From Trichoplax sp. H2 (taxonomy: Eukaryota), in contig NOWV01000112.1 of assembly GCA_003344405.1 (NCBI GenBank), positions 62,001 through 126,000 of the forward strand: DNA of 64,000 nt, in the 5' to 3' direction. Below the pieces are notes generated by a model, which was given only the letters and a program-made list of their open reading frames with translations, was not told the DNA's origin and did not search any database. The translations under genes were made by a program, and so were the position numbers. Within the stretch, counting starts at the first letter, position 1. Each line of letters opens with the position of its first letter. Below are positions 1 to 11,952 of the stretch, piece after piece.

Positions 1-1228
1 ACCGCTTCTTGAATCTATAAGATGGAAAAAAGTCAACAACGAACATAATTATTTAGATAGTTCTAGTATGTTATACAATACTATGTATCTATTCGATATG
101 AATACGCATATAAAGATATTGCATAAAGACATGGAATTATAATGAAGTAATGAAAATTTATAGCATCATGTATCAGGAAAATAAGCTATCATCTGACGTA
201 TGTGTCTTCTGTAGTTAAGTAATATGGGCGTTGCACTAACCTTGGAGATTAGGTACACTGCGTTTTGCAATTGCTGTGCCGTTAATTGCATTAACGAGTA
301 AGATGGAAATTCAACGGATAGATTCCAATCGGTAGATTTAGGTAATTCTCTTAAACTTTATCGAATGCAAGATTAAAATATAATGGGATAGCTTTAACAT
401 TAATCTATGATGGTAAAAATTAAGCTCAATAATCATTAAGTACAATAACTATAGTATGAAGAGAAAACTAACCCATGTAGACGCGTACGTATATGCACTA
501 TAAGTAACTTAGATTGATTTGATAGTACGCTTACGTTTTAAAAATCTTGATAATATCAATTTAATAAGTTACATCAATTATATCATCTATGCTACCGTAC
601 GCTCAGTTATATTTAAGTCTATTTCAAAATTGACATTTGCAGCAGGATCCTTACCTAGTTATACAAGTTAAAAAGTTATTTAATGTCGATTTCATCCTTA
701 GATTATATAATCGTTTCGTTAATCTTTCCACCTGTCAGAATGAGCGTTTTCATAAATACAGGAGAGATTTAGCTGGTATTTTTTCGTTGCATTCAGTATT
801 TATAAATTATAATGCGTTTATAATGTAAAATCTATCGAATTTTTACTTACCTTTTTCAAATACTGATAATGCTTATCCCTTCTAAGTTGACTTTTATAAC
901 GATAACAAATTTTAGAAAGTATCGCCATTTCTTGCCATACTAGTGTACTATCATATTGGTTAACAATGGTGTGGATTTTATTCCAGTCGTCTTCAACATT
1001 AATCTCTGCATGAATAGGAAGAAATTGCAGGAAAGTGAACACCGTTGGTTATAAAAGATTCTTTAACCAGTAGTAGAGTAATCTTTCAATTAATATTGCA
1101 TTGTTACATTTGGGGGAAATGTAAAATTTCCTTAATCATGCAAGGCTGAACTTGTGATCATGTCCCTGCTGGTTTCAACGGTCACTATTCTTTCATAATT
1201 AATTCTTACTCAAGAACCTGCAATTCAT
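1..1228 (-). CDS. NEPRO: Nucleolus and neural progenitor protein (NEPRO/RMP64-like), 5' part; the gene runs off the window start
   Basis: GT-AG exons at about 1228-1210, 1005-851, 731-615, 357-241 and 14-1 splice in frame: MNCRFLKINVEDDWNK...QEMAILSKICYRYKSQLRRDKHYQYLKK|VERLTKRLYNLRMKSTLNNFLTCIT|...VEFPSYSLMQLTAQQLQNAVYLISK. This resembles the NEPRO N-terminal domain (E..vL..l.Y.....r.....LkqV....kRL...; vPS). The first exon is less certain. Confidence 0.7.
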
Positions 1229-1334
1229 TGATGATTTCTACAAGTTACCATAGCTGTAATATCAAGATACAAACTGCAGAGAATGTAGGCTAAATAATTG
1301 TCACTGTTGTATTGATTTTGTAAGCAGCAGTCAA

Positions 1335-1805
1335 ATGGAAGAGTTGGATTCAATCGCGATCATTAAAGGTATCGGTGGTCTACTACAGTTGCAATAGAGC
1401 TTGAATATTCAGTCGAATGTATAAACTATAGCTCAATTAAAAGGATACTACTCTAATTTTCTAGCAATTCTACTATGCTCATGAGAATACCGTCATGATC
1501 ACTTTGATCAGCTCAACATTGGTTGACTAGTAAAGGTATTAAAGGCTCCATCTTGTAAGACTGACCTGAGGACACCAGTAGCTTGTACTTTCCCATCACA
1601 AGATTTTGCCATTGAATGGAGTCCATCATCGTGGAAAAACAGGCGATCAGTTTATTATGTAACCTTAGAGCAGCCGATGTGCATTAGTCTATTAATGCTG
1701 GAAAATAAGAGATATTGAAGCTGGTCTCCTGAAAGTTGCAGCTTGCTTGTGCAATTAGCTTCCTTCTCCAGGCATGGCTGATCGATTTGTTGTGCTTACG
1801 CCTAG
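1335..1805 (+). pseudogene. Possible decayed XRCC1 N-terminal-domain-like gene, head-to-head with NEPRO
   Basis: ATG at 1335 and a GT-AG junction give IIKAILLCS*EY, followed by frame-broken pieces SAQHWLT, WKNRRSVYYVTLEQPMCISLLMLENK and PGMADRFVVLTPS. These resemble XRCC1_N motifs by eye only. Stops and frameshifts are present. Confidence 0.3.
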
Positions 1806-2039
1806 TATGTATGTAATATAGTGTACCATACCATTCAAATGTATACAGGCAATTATATAAAATATACAGGTAAAGACTGCTGTTGCTCCATTTATATAAT
1901 GATATACTGTACAGTATTAGACACTATATTATGTACAGTACTAATACACTTTGAATCCAATGGCCGGCCCATGGAATGGAGGCTGTTAATCAACTAATGG
2001 CGATATATATTTTTGAGTAGCATTGGTTGTCGAGTTTCT

Positions 2040-2920
2040 GAAGAAGGATTGGACTTTTGCCATCAAAATGGAGGCCCAATGCAACCATTTTCTCTGCTTT
2101 CTTTCCATCCATTTCAGCTAGGACTCTAGCTATATATGAAAGCGAAGCACAGTGATAATGATGTATATCATCAGTTGAAGATGGTGCGATATTTGGACCG
2201 TCTTGAGGATGAGAAAAATAGAATTTACTCTAAGTGAGATAAATGAAATCATCTTCTCTTCTTTTATTGAATTTATTATTATTTCTTCTAGCAAAATGAT
2301 GATTTGAGTATGAAAGTGCTTAGCTGTGATTCTATATGTAGCCTAAGTGCAGTGATAATAATCAGCTGATTGAGGTACATACTTTGACCGTCTTTGGTTG
2401 GGCAGTTTTCGAGCATGAGCTCGTCAAAATGGAGGTTAGATGCAATCATCTCTTCATTTCTACTAGCAAAGTGATGATTTCAGGGTAGAAATGCTCAGCT
2501 CTAGCTTTATATACTAGCCTAGGCATAGTAATAATTAGCTGATTCAGATACCTACGTGTATGTTGACAGTTTTGGGGTCGCGGAGTTTTAGAAGGGGAAT
2601 TTGATTTTTGTCGTCAAAATGGAAGTAAAATGCAACCATCTCTTCATTTCTATTAGCAAAGTGACGATTTCAGGGTAGAAATGCTTAGCTCTAGCTATAT
2701 ATACAAGCATAAGCATAGTAATAATTAGCTGATTAAGATACCTGTTTTGACAGTTTTGGGGTCGCAGAGTTTTAGTAGGGGAATTCGACTTTTGTCGTCA
2801 AAATGGAAGTAAAATGCAATCATCTTCTTTCATTGAATTCATTTTTTCTGCTAGTAATGATTTCCGTACAGAAGGGCTCAGTTCTAGCGATATATTTCAG
2901 TATAGCATGCTGTAGTAATA
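2040..2920. repeat. Degenerate tandem repeat, unit about 185-190 bp, 4-5 copies
   Basis: AAAATGGA(G/A)G...ATGCAA(T/C)CAT recurs near 2066, 2427, 2616 and 2800 with shared flanks (GCTTAGCTCTAGCT..GCATAGTAATAATTAGCTGATT). Confidence 0.85.
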
Positions 2921-3139
2921 AATTGGTCGTGGCAATCCAAGATTACATCTATAACGCCTGTTTGATAATTTGGTCTTGATGCGAAAATAGCATTAAATCA
3001 TTTGCATAGTTGTTAAGCTCCAAGTTATTTTAGGACACATTTTAAGCAATTAACTGAAATAGATTAGATAAATACGAGCCTAGAACGACTTGTTGCGATA
3101 ACTTTCTATCACGAAGTGACTTTTTCTATCAAATGCTTA

Positions 3140-3432
3140 TCTTTTTTTCCTTAGATAACATACCGTTATCTATGATGTTATACATACTTTTAATAATAGA
3201 TAACTGCATAGTTTTATAATAATATTATCTATAAACTGATAATCAATTAATGTTTTATATCGATTTACTAGAAATTGAATGACTATTTAACTAAGTTGAC
3301 GATAGGAGATCGTCAGTAGTTACAGTCGTACTGTAGGTAAATGTCTGGGAGGACAAGCCTGACAGTAGACTCATAGCGTAATTTTTAGAATAGTTTTAAT
3401 TTTTCCTTGTTATAAATTTCAATTTGTAACAC
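3140..3432 (+). repeat. Interspersed repeat family A, copy 1 (~300 bp)
   Basis: Matches 52770-53135 (+) and 63170-63470 (-), e.g. ACATACTTTTAATA..GATAACTGCATA..AATATTATCTATAAACTGATAAT and GTACTGTAGGT.AATGTC.GGA. Confidence 0.8.
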
Positions 3433-4349
3433 TTTCACTACATCATGTCGCTCGTTATTATGAGTTACCTGTTGCAACGAATGCGTTTAATATTACCCAT
3501 AATTAATCGACAATACGCTTTCTTAAGCACCGATGACGATTCTACCTCACTTAGTGCTTTACTTCATATCATTATCACACTTTCAACACACATTACTACC
3601 ATCATTAGCCGAAATCACTACAACAATCAATGTAATTTTAAGTGAGAATGATGGTTGTTGTATTTGACTACAATTTTTAAGGACGACAGAATTTAAAGAC
3701 GATCAAGGTGATACAAAAAGGAGTATTAGCTTCCTTGAAGAAGATAGTCTATCATGGGTTGGTGTAAATAATAACCTCATCCGACGGTACCTCTAGCGAT
3801 CACTTATACTATAGAAGAAATTATGAAACTATTCTATTTTAATTTTGAGCCTTCTATCGAATAGTAATTCACCATAACATCATTACTTTAGTATAATTTA
3901 AATTGTAGGCTCCAGATTAGTAATTTGAAGATCGATCTATTAAAGACTTGAATATGAACTGAATTATTGTCAATCTAGTCAAGTAGATCTCCTAATTGAA
4001 TCAATAGTACAGTATCAACGCTTTTTCCTATTTTTAAACTTTATCGTTGATCATGTGCAGAGAGGCATAATAATTTAATGTTGTGACCTTTTAGCGGGGT
4101 AATATTTGCATCTATGGTACGATTATGCTCGACATAGTTTTTTGCATCTTAACTATAAATCTGATCATTCAGTGGAATAGTATGCGCAGATTTTTACTTA
4201 TACTTGTTTCATTTACTTTAGTAGAGATTGAATTGATAGATTTTCCGAAATTGTCTCGTTTTCTAAAATTAAATACATGATATAATATTACTACGAGTAT
4301 ATACGTATGATTCTACAAAAATTTCATCCTTAATTTATTTACTCCATCC

Positions 4350-5848
4350 CGATATCTTCTAACTTATGATAGGATGGTTCGAGGACAATTGCCATCGAAT
4401 CATATACAGCAACGGTAGTAAAATAGTTTGATTAGATTAATTTATTTCAATTTTTACACACATGAACTAATTATAATCCCAAATCAAATTAAAATTGCAG
4501 CAAATAATCATATGAAAGAGTCTAAGTCTTTGTTATGAATTCATTTAAAGAGCCGTGTCTACAATTGTGAAGGCATTTAAAAGTAATTATAATTTTTCTG
4601 CAGATTTTATTTATTGGCCTGCGTAATTGTTTATATATCCTAGTCAAAAATTGCTAGCGGCTTAGATTGCCAGGCCGAGCTAAAGACCGTAGCGATATAG
4701 CTAAAGCAAATAATATTTAATAGAAGGAATGACGGCTGACACTCTTCAATCAAATCCGTGGCATTATCTGCCTAAGAGTTTATGAACTGCCGCTAAATGT
4801 ATTCAGTAACTTTCCACTCCCACTCCAACCGCATCTACAAGCTTGTACCCACCTATCCGAGTTAAATACTACAACTAAACTCCTCCTATATTCTTTCTTA
4901 TAACTACTTTCAAAAGACTTTGAAAACTGGTTTAAAGTTGTTTTCTGGCTTAATTTTATTATTGTCTAAAGGGTTCCTATAGTTCTTGTTCAGATATAAA
5001 CCAAAACGGTCCTTGAAACGGAAAAATTAACAAACCATAATATTTTGATAAATGTAGAGTAATTTAGACTAGGACAACAGATTTCACAATATCGCGATAT
5101 CTTCTAACTTAATGATAGGATGATTCGAGGACAATTACCATCGAATCATATACAGCAACGGTAGTAAAATAGTTTGATTAGATTAATTTATTTCAATTTT
5201 TACACACATGAACTAATTATAATCCCAAATCAAATTAAAATTGCAGCAAATAATCATATGAAAGAGTCGATAAGTCTTTGTTATGAATTCATTTAAAGAG
5301 CCGTGTCTACAATTATGAAGGCATTTAAAAGTAATTATAATTTTTCTGCAGATTTTATTTATTGGCCTGCGTAATTGTTTATATATCCTAGTCAAAAATT
5401 GCTAGCGGCTTAGATTGCCAGGCCGAGCTAAAGACCGTAGCGATATAGCTAAAGCAAATAATATTTAATAGAAGGAATGACGGCAGACACTCTTCAAAAT
5501 ATCAATCAAATCCGTGGCATTATCTGCCTAAGAATTTATGAACTACCGCTAAATGTATTCAGTAACTTTCCACTCCCACTCCAACCGCATCTACAAGCTT
5601 GTACCCACCTATCCGAGTTAAATACTACAACTAAACTCCTCCTATATTCTCTCTTATAACTACTTTCAAAAGACTTTGAAAACTGGTTTAAAGTTGTTTT
5701 CTGGCTTAATTTTATTATTGTCTAAAGGGTTCCTATAGTTCTTGTTCAGATATAAACCAAAACGGTCCTTGAAACGGAAAAATTAACAAACCATAATATT
5801 TTGATAAATGTAGAGTAATTTAGACTAGGACAACAGATTTTACAATAT
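4350..5848. repeat. Recent tandem duplication, two near-identical ~745-750 bp copies (4350-5092 and 5095-5848)
   Basis: Both copies begin CGATATCTTCTAACTT and end GGACAACAGATTT(C/T)ACAATAT, with only a few substitutions and small indels. Confidence 0.95.
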
Positions 5849-6454
5849 GACTGTAGTGATGCTGTTAGATAAGTTGTTGCTGTCAACATGTTATATAGAA
5901 GTAAATTAGATATAACTTATAAATAATACCAGATCTAGAGCTGTTGATAATAATTGGTGCGAGTATGCATGCATATTGTTTATGATAATTCAAGGACGCA
6001 TACATTGATTTTAGCTTCGTAGAATGGAATAGTAAACTTAGAATTTATTCTTATACTAAGTTCTGCAGGTGTTGAGTGATCTTATTCGCAATCTTTATAT
6101 TGTAAACAAGTTAGGTAACGCATTGAAGCAGCTACATATTTCTGTCGTTATTGTTCTCAGTCCTTCCTTTTTATCCAAATCTGCTGATGTAAGAAATTTT
6201 TCTCTTTTCTGTCAGAGCTTGTTATACTATTACGCAAGGTAGTGTCTCAATTATTAGAGAATCGGTAATAAAATCGCTTATTATAAAGTTCTACGCATAA
6301 TCTACCCACTGAGTAGAGTTAGTAGAACAGAGTTAGTAGAAATGATCATAAAATTTCTTTAGCTATGTACATAAGCTAATGTTATTAATAGCACGTACGA
6401 TTAATTGATTTAAAATCAGAATCACTACCTACATCGAGGTATAGCTTAGAGCCC

Positions 6455-7240
6455 CCAGACAATTGCCAATTAGACAATTTTGCCACCTAGGTGGCAAAGG
6501 TAGGAGGTAATTGACCGGGGGCAATTATCCCAGAACTGGTATGTATATTGCTAACTTGCTAAATAAAATTGACAGGACTGCCTTAATATCGCCTGATAGA
6601 TTGCATCGTTCTTTATACTATCAAAGAGAAGGTTTATGTGTGATGGCTATTGAATCAAAGCTGAAAAGAATTACCAATAAAAAAAGGGAGCAATTGTCCT
6701 AGAACTGGTATATATATGCTGCTAACTTGATAAATAAGATTAACTGAATTACCTTCATGTCACATGATAGATTGTATCATTCTTTATACTATACAGAAAA
6801 GAGAAGAAAGTTTTGTATATAACGGCTATAGAATCAAAGCTAAAAGGAATTACCGACAAAAATTGCTTCAATGTGTGCAACTGTCCGTATAAACAACTTT
6901 TTAATGTCAAGACTTTGGTAGTTCCAAGACTGCATAACCCTTTATATTAGAAAAGAGAAGAAAATTTTATTTCTGACAGTTATAGAATCAAAACTGAAAG
7001 GAATTGATAACAAAAAATTTGCTTTATATATATAACTGCTTATATGGAATAACTTTTCAATGTCAAGACTTTAGCAGTTCTAAAGTTGGCGATGATCTTT
7101 TATATTTGGAGTTGCACATATGAAGGCAATTTTTTATCAGTAATTTCTTTCAGCTTTGATTCTATAGATGTCATATATAAAACCTTCTTCTCTTTTATTT
7201 ATATTCTAGTACAAAAGGATGAATAAAATCAGATAGCTAT
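6455..7240. mobile_element. Foldback/MITE-like relic: direct sub-repeats followed by an inverted copy
   Basis: AAAGAGAAG...GGCTATAGAATCAAAGCT.AAA.GAATTACC recurs near 6623, 6798 and 6952, and its reverse complement lies at about 7098-7200. GGACAATTGCC-type motifs occur near 6457-6535 and again at 7657-7705. No transposase is present. Confidence 0.5.
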
Positions 7241-7875
7241 GAAGGGTTAGACAATTCTTTTGAGGTCACGTTTGCATTTTATTATTTCTTTGGAGAGCTG
7301 CGTTAACGTAGATTAATTTAATTAAAAAAATCCTTTAGATTCACGCATTATACTCTCTATACTTTGTTTTTGTAATTATATGAATAAAGTGTTTATCAGT
7401 GCGAATTTTAATTTTTGATTACAATTGAAAACGAAATTTTGTTTCAGTTTGAATATGGAGCCATTTGATTCTAGAAATTACCATGATAAGCTAAAGAGTC
7501 GAGTAAGACTAGTGGACGTTCTTTTACTTTTCAATTTTAACGTTTCTCTGAGATAAAATATCCTTAGTTGATTATTTTCAGCCATATAGGAGCTAATGCT
7601 TGTTAATTAAAGGTGACATATTTTCAATGGGCTTTTGTGTATCGCGTCTAATTGATGGTTCTAGGACAATTATCCTCGGACTATTATCGAGGTGGCAATT
7701 GCCGGAGGAGGGGGAGTGGAGGGCTAAGGGAGGGTATATATATTGCTGATTTACTCAATAAATTTCGGATTGTTGGATCGCTTCCTGTGTTATATTTGAC
7801 TGTTTCCGCGACATTTTAAACTTTTGTAATTTTTTTTCACGTTGAAATAAGGTTCCAATTTAGTGTTTTAACATC

Positions 7876-9681
7876 ATGAGCAAGGTATTAAAACGTTCTA
7901 CGGGCTGCAATTGTGGTGGCTTCGGTGGTCCTCATGGAGAGAAGCACAGAAAAGAATTTGTGAAAAGTATCCACCGTCAACGAGCTCAGAAAGCAGCACC
8001 ATCAAAACCATTCAATATTGAAGAATTACCAGTGAAGATTTATACAGCAAAGAAAGTTTATACTATGAACGCCCTGCAACCAGAAGCTACTGCCATTGCT
8101 GTTCAAGGTGATCGAATTTTTGCCGTTGGATCAGAAGATAGCATTGTAACTGGTTTAAAAGCAAGAGAGCAAAGCTATGAGATTAAAAGAGATTATAAAG
8201 ACTGCTTCTTCTATCCTGGATTTATTGAACCTCACTGCCATGCATCTATGGAAGGGATGTATTTTAAATTCTATTATGTTGGAGCTGTTGATCGAACGAA
8301 ATACGTAGATGGGGCGATGGTAGAAATGAAGGGCTATGATAACAAGCAAGATGTGGTAAGTTATCTTGAAGAAGTTTCAAAAACTAGCGAAGAAGATCCT
8401 ATCGTTGCATGGGGCTATGATCCAACATTACTTCCCAACGACGACGATCCTAATATTCATGCATCGGAAATCGATTTTGAAGGGGGCAAGAAAGTAGTTA
8501 TTATGAATATGAGTGGTCATATAGCCTATGTTAATCATGCAACTCTAACAGAAATAGGATATACCGATGATACTGACATTGAAGGTGTCATTAAAGATGA
8601 AGACGGCCATTTGACAGGAGAATTACAAGAAATGGCAGCTATGGCTCCATTAATGGTCTACTTTGATGTTGGCTTAGATGAATTAGCTAGTGGACTTCGT
8701 AGCTTTGCAACTGTCGCTAGTAGCAAAGGAGTAACAACTCTAACTGATCTTGCTTTTGGTACTGTTAATCATAGCTGGGATGCAGTCTATCAGGTCACGC
8801 AAGAAAATAACTATCCAGTTAGGATCAACTGTTATATGCTAAATGATATCTACGATCATCTAGGTGGAGTAGATGCCTTTCGAGCACTGAAACAATTTGA
8901 GAATCCTAAATTAAAATTAGGAGGTGTTAAAATAGTTTCTGATGGTTCAATACAAGGATTTACTGGCCTTATGCGATGGCCGTATTATTATACAAGTCGA
9001 GATCAAGGTCTTGCTAATATTACGCCTCTTGACCTTGATCGAACTATACAGGAATTAATCAAAAATGACATTCTCTGCGCTATCCATACTAATGGCGACG
9101 ACTCTATCGAGATGGTATTAGATAGTATTGAGCGAGTATCGCGCTTTACTCCAGATCGTGATCCACGTTTTCGATTAGAACATTGCCAAACGCCTACTGA
9201 AGATCATCTTGAAAGAATGAAACGCTATCATGTTAATGGTGATTTCTTCGCAAATCATATTTATTACTGGGGAAATGTTCATAAGAATCAAACAATCGGT
9301 CCAGATCGTGTTGAATATATGAATCCTTGTGCTACAGCCAAAAAGATTGGAGTCACCTTTGGTCTTCATTCTGATGCTCCTATAACAGCTATTGATCCGC
9401 TGTTAATGGTTCAAAATGCCGTTGTACGTCAAACCAAAGAAGGAAATGTTATTGGCGAAAATGAGAGAATTTGTGTTTATGACGCGTTGAGAACGGTTAC
9501 TAAAGACGCTGCTTATTTGTTACGTGAAGAAAGGATTAAAGGGACACTTGCATTTGGGAAACTAGCCGATATAACTATCTTAGAGGAAGACGTATTCCAT
9601 GTTGACAAGCATAATATTCATAAAATTGCTGTGAAAGCTACATTAGTTAACGGTCGAGTTTTTGATCACAGTTCGGAGTAG
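7876..9681 (+). CDS. Intronless amidohydrolase 3 family protein (YtcJ/NfdA-like metal-dependent hydrolase), bacterial type
   Basis: 601-aa ORF with the YtcJ-like motifs VYTMN..AIAV.GDRI.AVGS, PGFIEPHCH (HxH), SGH.AYVN, TGEL.E, GVKIVSDGSIQG, IHTNGD, RLEHCQ, HSDAP and GTL..GKLAD. AATAAA follows at 9755. Confidence 0.92.
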   Translation: MSKVLKRSTGCNCGGFGGPHGEKHRKEFVKSIHRQRAQKAAPSKPFNIEELPVKIYTAKKVYTMNALQPEATAIAVQGDRIFAVGSEDSIVTGLKAREQSYEIKRDYKDCFFYPGFIEPHCHASMEGMYFKFYYVGAVDRTKYVDGAMVEMKGYDNKQDVVSYLEEVSKTSEEDPIVAWGYDPTLLPNDDDPNIHASEIDFEGGKKVVIMNMSGHIAYVNHATLTEIGYTDDTDIEGVIKDEDGHLTGELQEMAAMAPLMVYFDVGLDELASGLRSFATVASSKGVTTLTDLAFGTVNHSWDAVYQVTQENNYPVRINCYMLNDIYDHLGGVDAFRALKQFENPKLKLGGVKIVSDGSIQGFTGLMRWPYYYTSRDQGLANITPLDLDRTIQELIKNDILCAIHTNGDDSIEMVLDSIERVSRFTPDRDPRFRLEHCQTPTEDHLERMKRYHVNGDFFANHIYYWGNVHKNQTIGPDRVEYMNPCATAKKIGVTFGLHSDAPITAIDPLLMVQNAVVRQTKEGNVIGENERICVYDALRTVTKDAAYLLREERIKGTLAFGKLADITILEEDVFHVDKHNIHKIAVKATLVNGRVFDHSSE

Positions 9682-11952
9682 TATAAAAACTCCTTATATT
9701 GGCTAATCTAGTTATAAGAGATTGGATTGTTTAGATAATGGTGTGTTTTATTACAATAAAATTAAGCAATTACTTTATATAATCAATTGATTACATTGTT
9801 AGGATAGTGTTGCTATAAAACTAATATTACAATCGTGGTCTATTAATGGCTTTACTTTCATTATAATGAAATCGTCTATTCTTTCCTTCGTAATGTTTCC
9901 TTCATGCTACTATTAGCTAGGGCAATTTTATAAGCAGCTGATAATTAATTAATGCGTGAATATATGCTCTTAAGCATTTTTTATGGGATCGTGATCTCAA
10001 GATGTAGTAGCGAATTAGGCTCTAATTAGCCGTTTGTTAATTGCGTTATGAGAGATTTCCGCTTCTTATTTTCCTTAAATGCGTTTTTGTGTTTTCATAT
10101 ATTTAGCTGTTATGTATGTGTTACATGTATCCTTATAATTCTTTAATTGGGACTGCATCAAGCTTAAGAAAGCTAGATAAATGCTTGTATTGCATATAAA
10201 TCATATACTCTACTAATAAAACTACTTATTATTTGCAATGGTGATTGACTTTAATCGATGGTTAAACCCTAACAGTACTTGCAAATTAAAACTCCAAGGA
10301 CTTAAATAGGGAATAACGTAATTAAAAATGCTGATACCGAATGTATTGCGGCTAGATTGAGCTATTAAAGACAATTTCAATGATCACAATTTATAGTTCT
10401 TGTATCCTAGATTCCTTGACATGCTTAATTTTTCCTGCTAGTTGCTCTTTAGGTTACTAAAATAATTATCAATAGTATTAGTCCACCAATGTAAAGCCTA
10501 GCGTTATGAGCTTAAGAGAATGACTTCCTAGTGCAGCTGTTGCATTCATAGCGTGAGTTTTTAACGAATTAGTATAAGCTACAGGCTTCCACTTTACTGT
10601 ACATATCTGCATACCCCTATTGAGTATTGCATATCTACAGCATACTTGGAGATCACAGAAGGATAATATTTCAATTAATTTATTAAGGAGATATATTCGC
10701 ACATGTAAGATTACCTTCCTGGTACAAGTATGATATACGAAATGTCAAATACGTAAAAATTTTACAATTACTAATTTTAAATTTGTTTCAGCGCGTATTA
10801 GCGATTTTCTGTAAAAGATTCTATCAACCGCAGTAGGCAATCATTTTTAGATAGAACTATCGTTATTACAGCTAACAAGGCATCAATTACGATTGTCATA
10901 ATATAAAGAATAAAAATTTCACTATAGGTCCTCACATTTTCTTTGCAAATGTTATTGACCGTAAGTAGAAACAAGGTAGTAAGTAATGCCAATACAACTT
11001 TAGTTTAGCAAATATTTTCGAGTAAGAAAAAAATCTTATCAATATGAATGATGAATAGCAAAAATGTTACAATAACGTACGCGATTAACTTTTGTATTCG
11101 AAAGAGTCTATGCTAGTACATGTATTTCGTAGCGATATTTATATATTCAATAATTTACAGTAATTCGACATTAAAGAATATCTAAACGTATTGTTAAACT
11201 TCAATGTAAAAATCAGTAACAATTCTGGATATTATAGTAAATTCAAACACCCTCGACAATTCGATTGGTGGTTTCGTAATGACTGAAATATACAGTACAA
11301 ATTTCATTTTTAACCATATTAGACAAATTTACTAACATTACTTTATAAAGTAACAATTAATAGTATAAAGACGCGCTCAAAACTTATGCTTTGCAAGTAG
11401 AGACATTAAAGGGCTGCTTAAAAATGTAGTAATCGGCTATGATGCAGTTTTTTGGAAAGCAAAGACACTCTGCATCAGGTCAAAAGGGTAGCCATTCAAT
11501 CTATTTATATCATCAACTAAACTTAAGAGATAAACAGCGAATTCAAGATCGTATAAGCTAAATATTATTGTTAAATGGCAAGTCCATCTGATAAACTATC
11601 ACTACTAATCAATCATGTTGTCATGAGTATTTTTTGATACTTAAAATTACCAAAAATTTACTGATTAAATCTGTCAGCTTATTATGTAGGTATTAATGAA
11701 CAATGTATGTATGAAATGCTAAATGGCAAATACTAGGCTAAGCATAGCGTAACGTACCCGAATGAAAAGAAATAGATGAAGTCATGACCTAGCATTAAGA
11801 TGCCGCTTAATTTCTTTTACGCATTGACGCAAACACTCCCATGTTATCGTAAATGGCACTGTTTGATTTTACAATTTACTTTTACAAACAATGTACGATA
11901 AATTAATCCTATCGCGCTAGCCACAAAACGCAAATGTCGATAGGCATTGACA

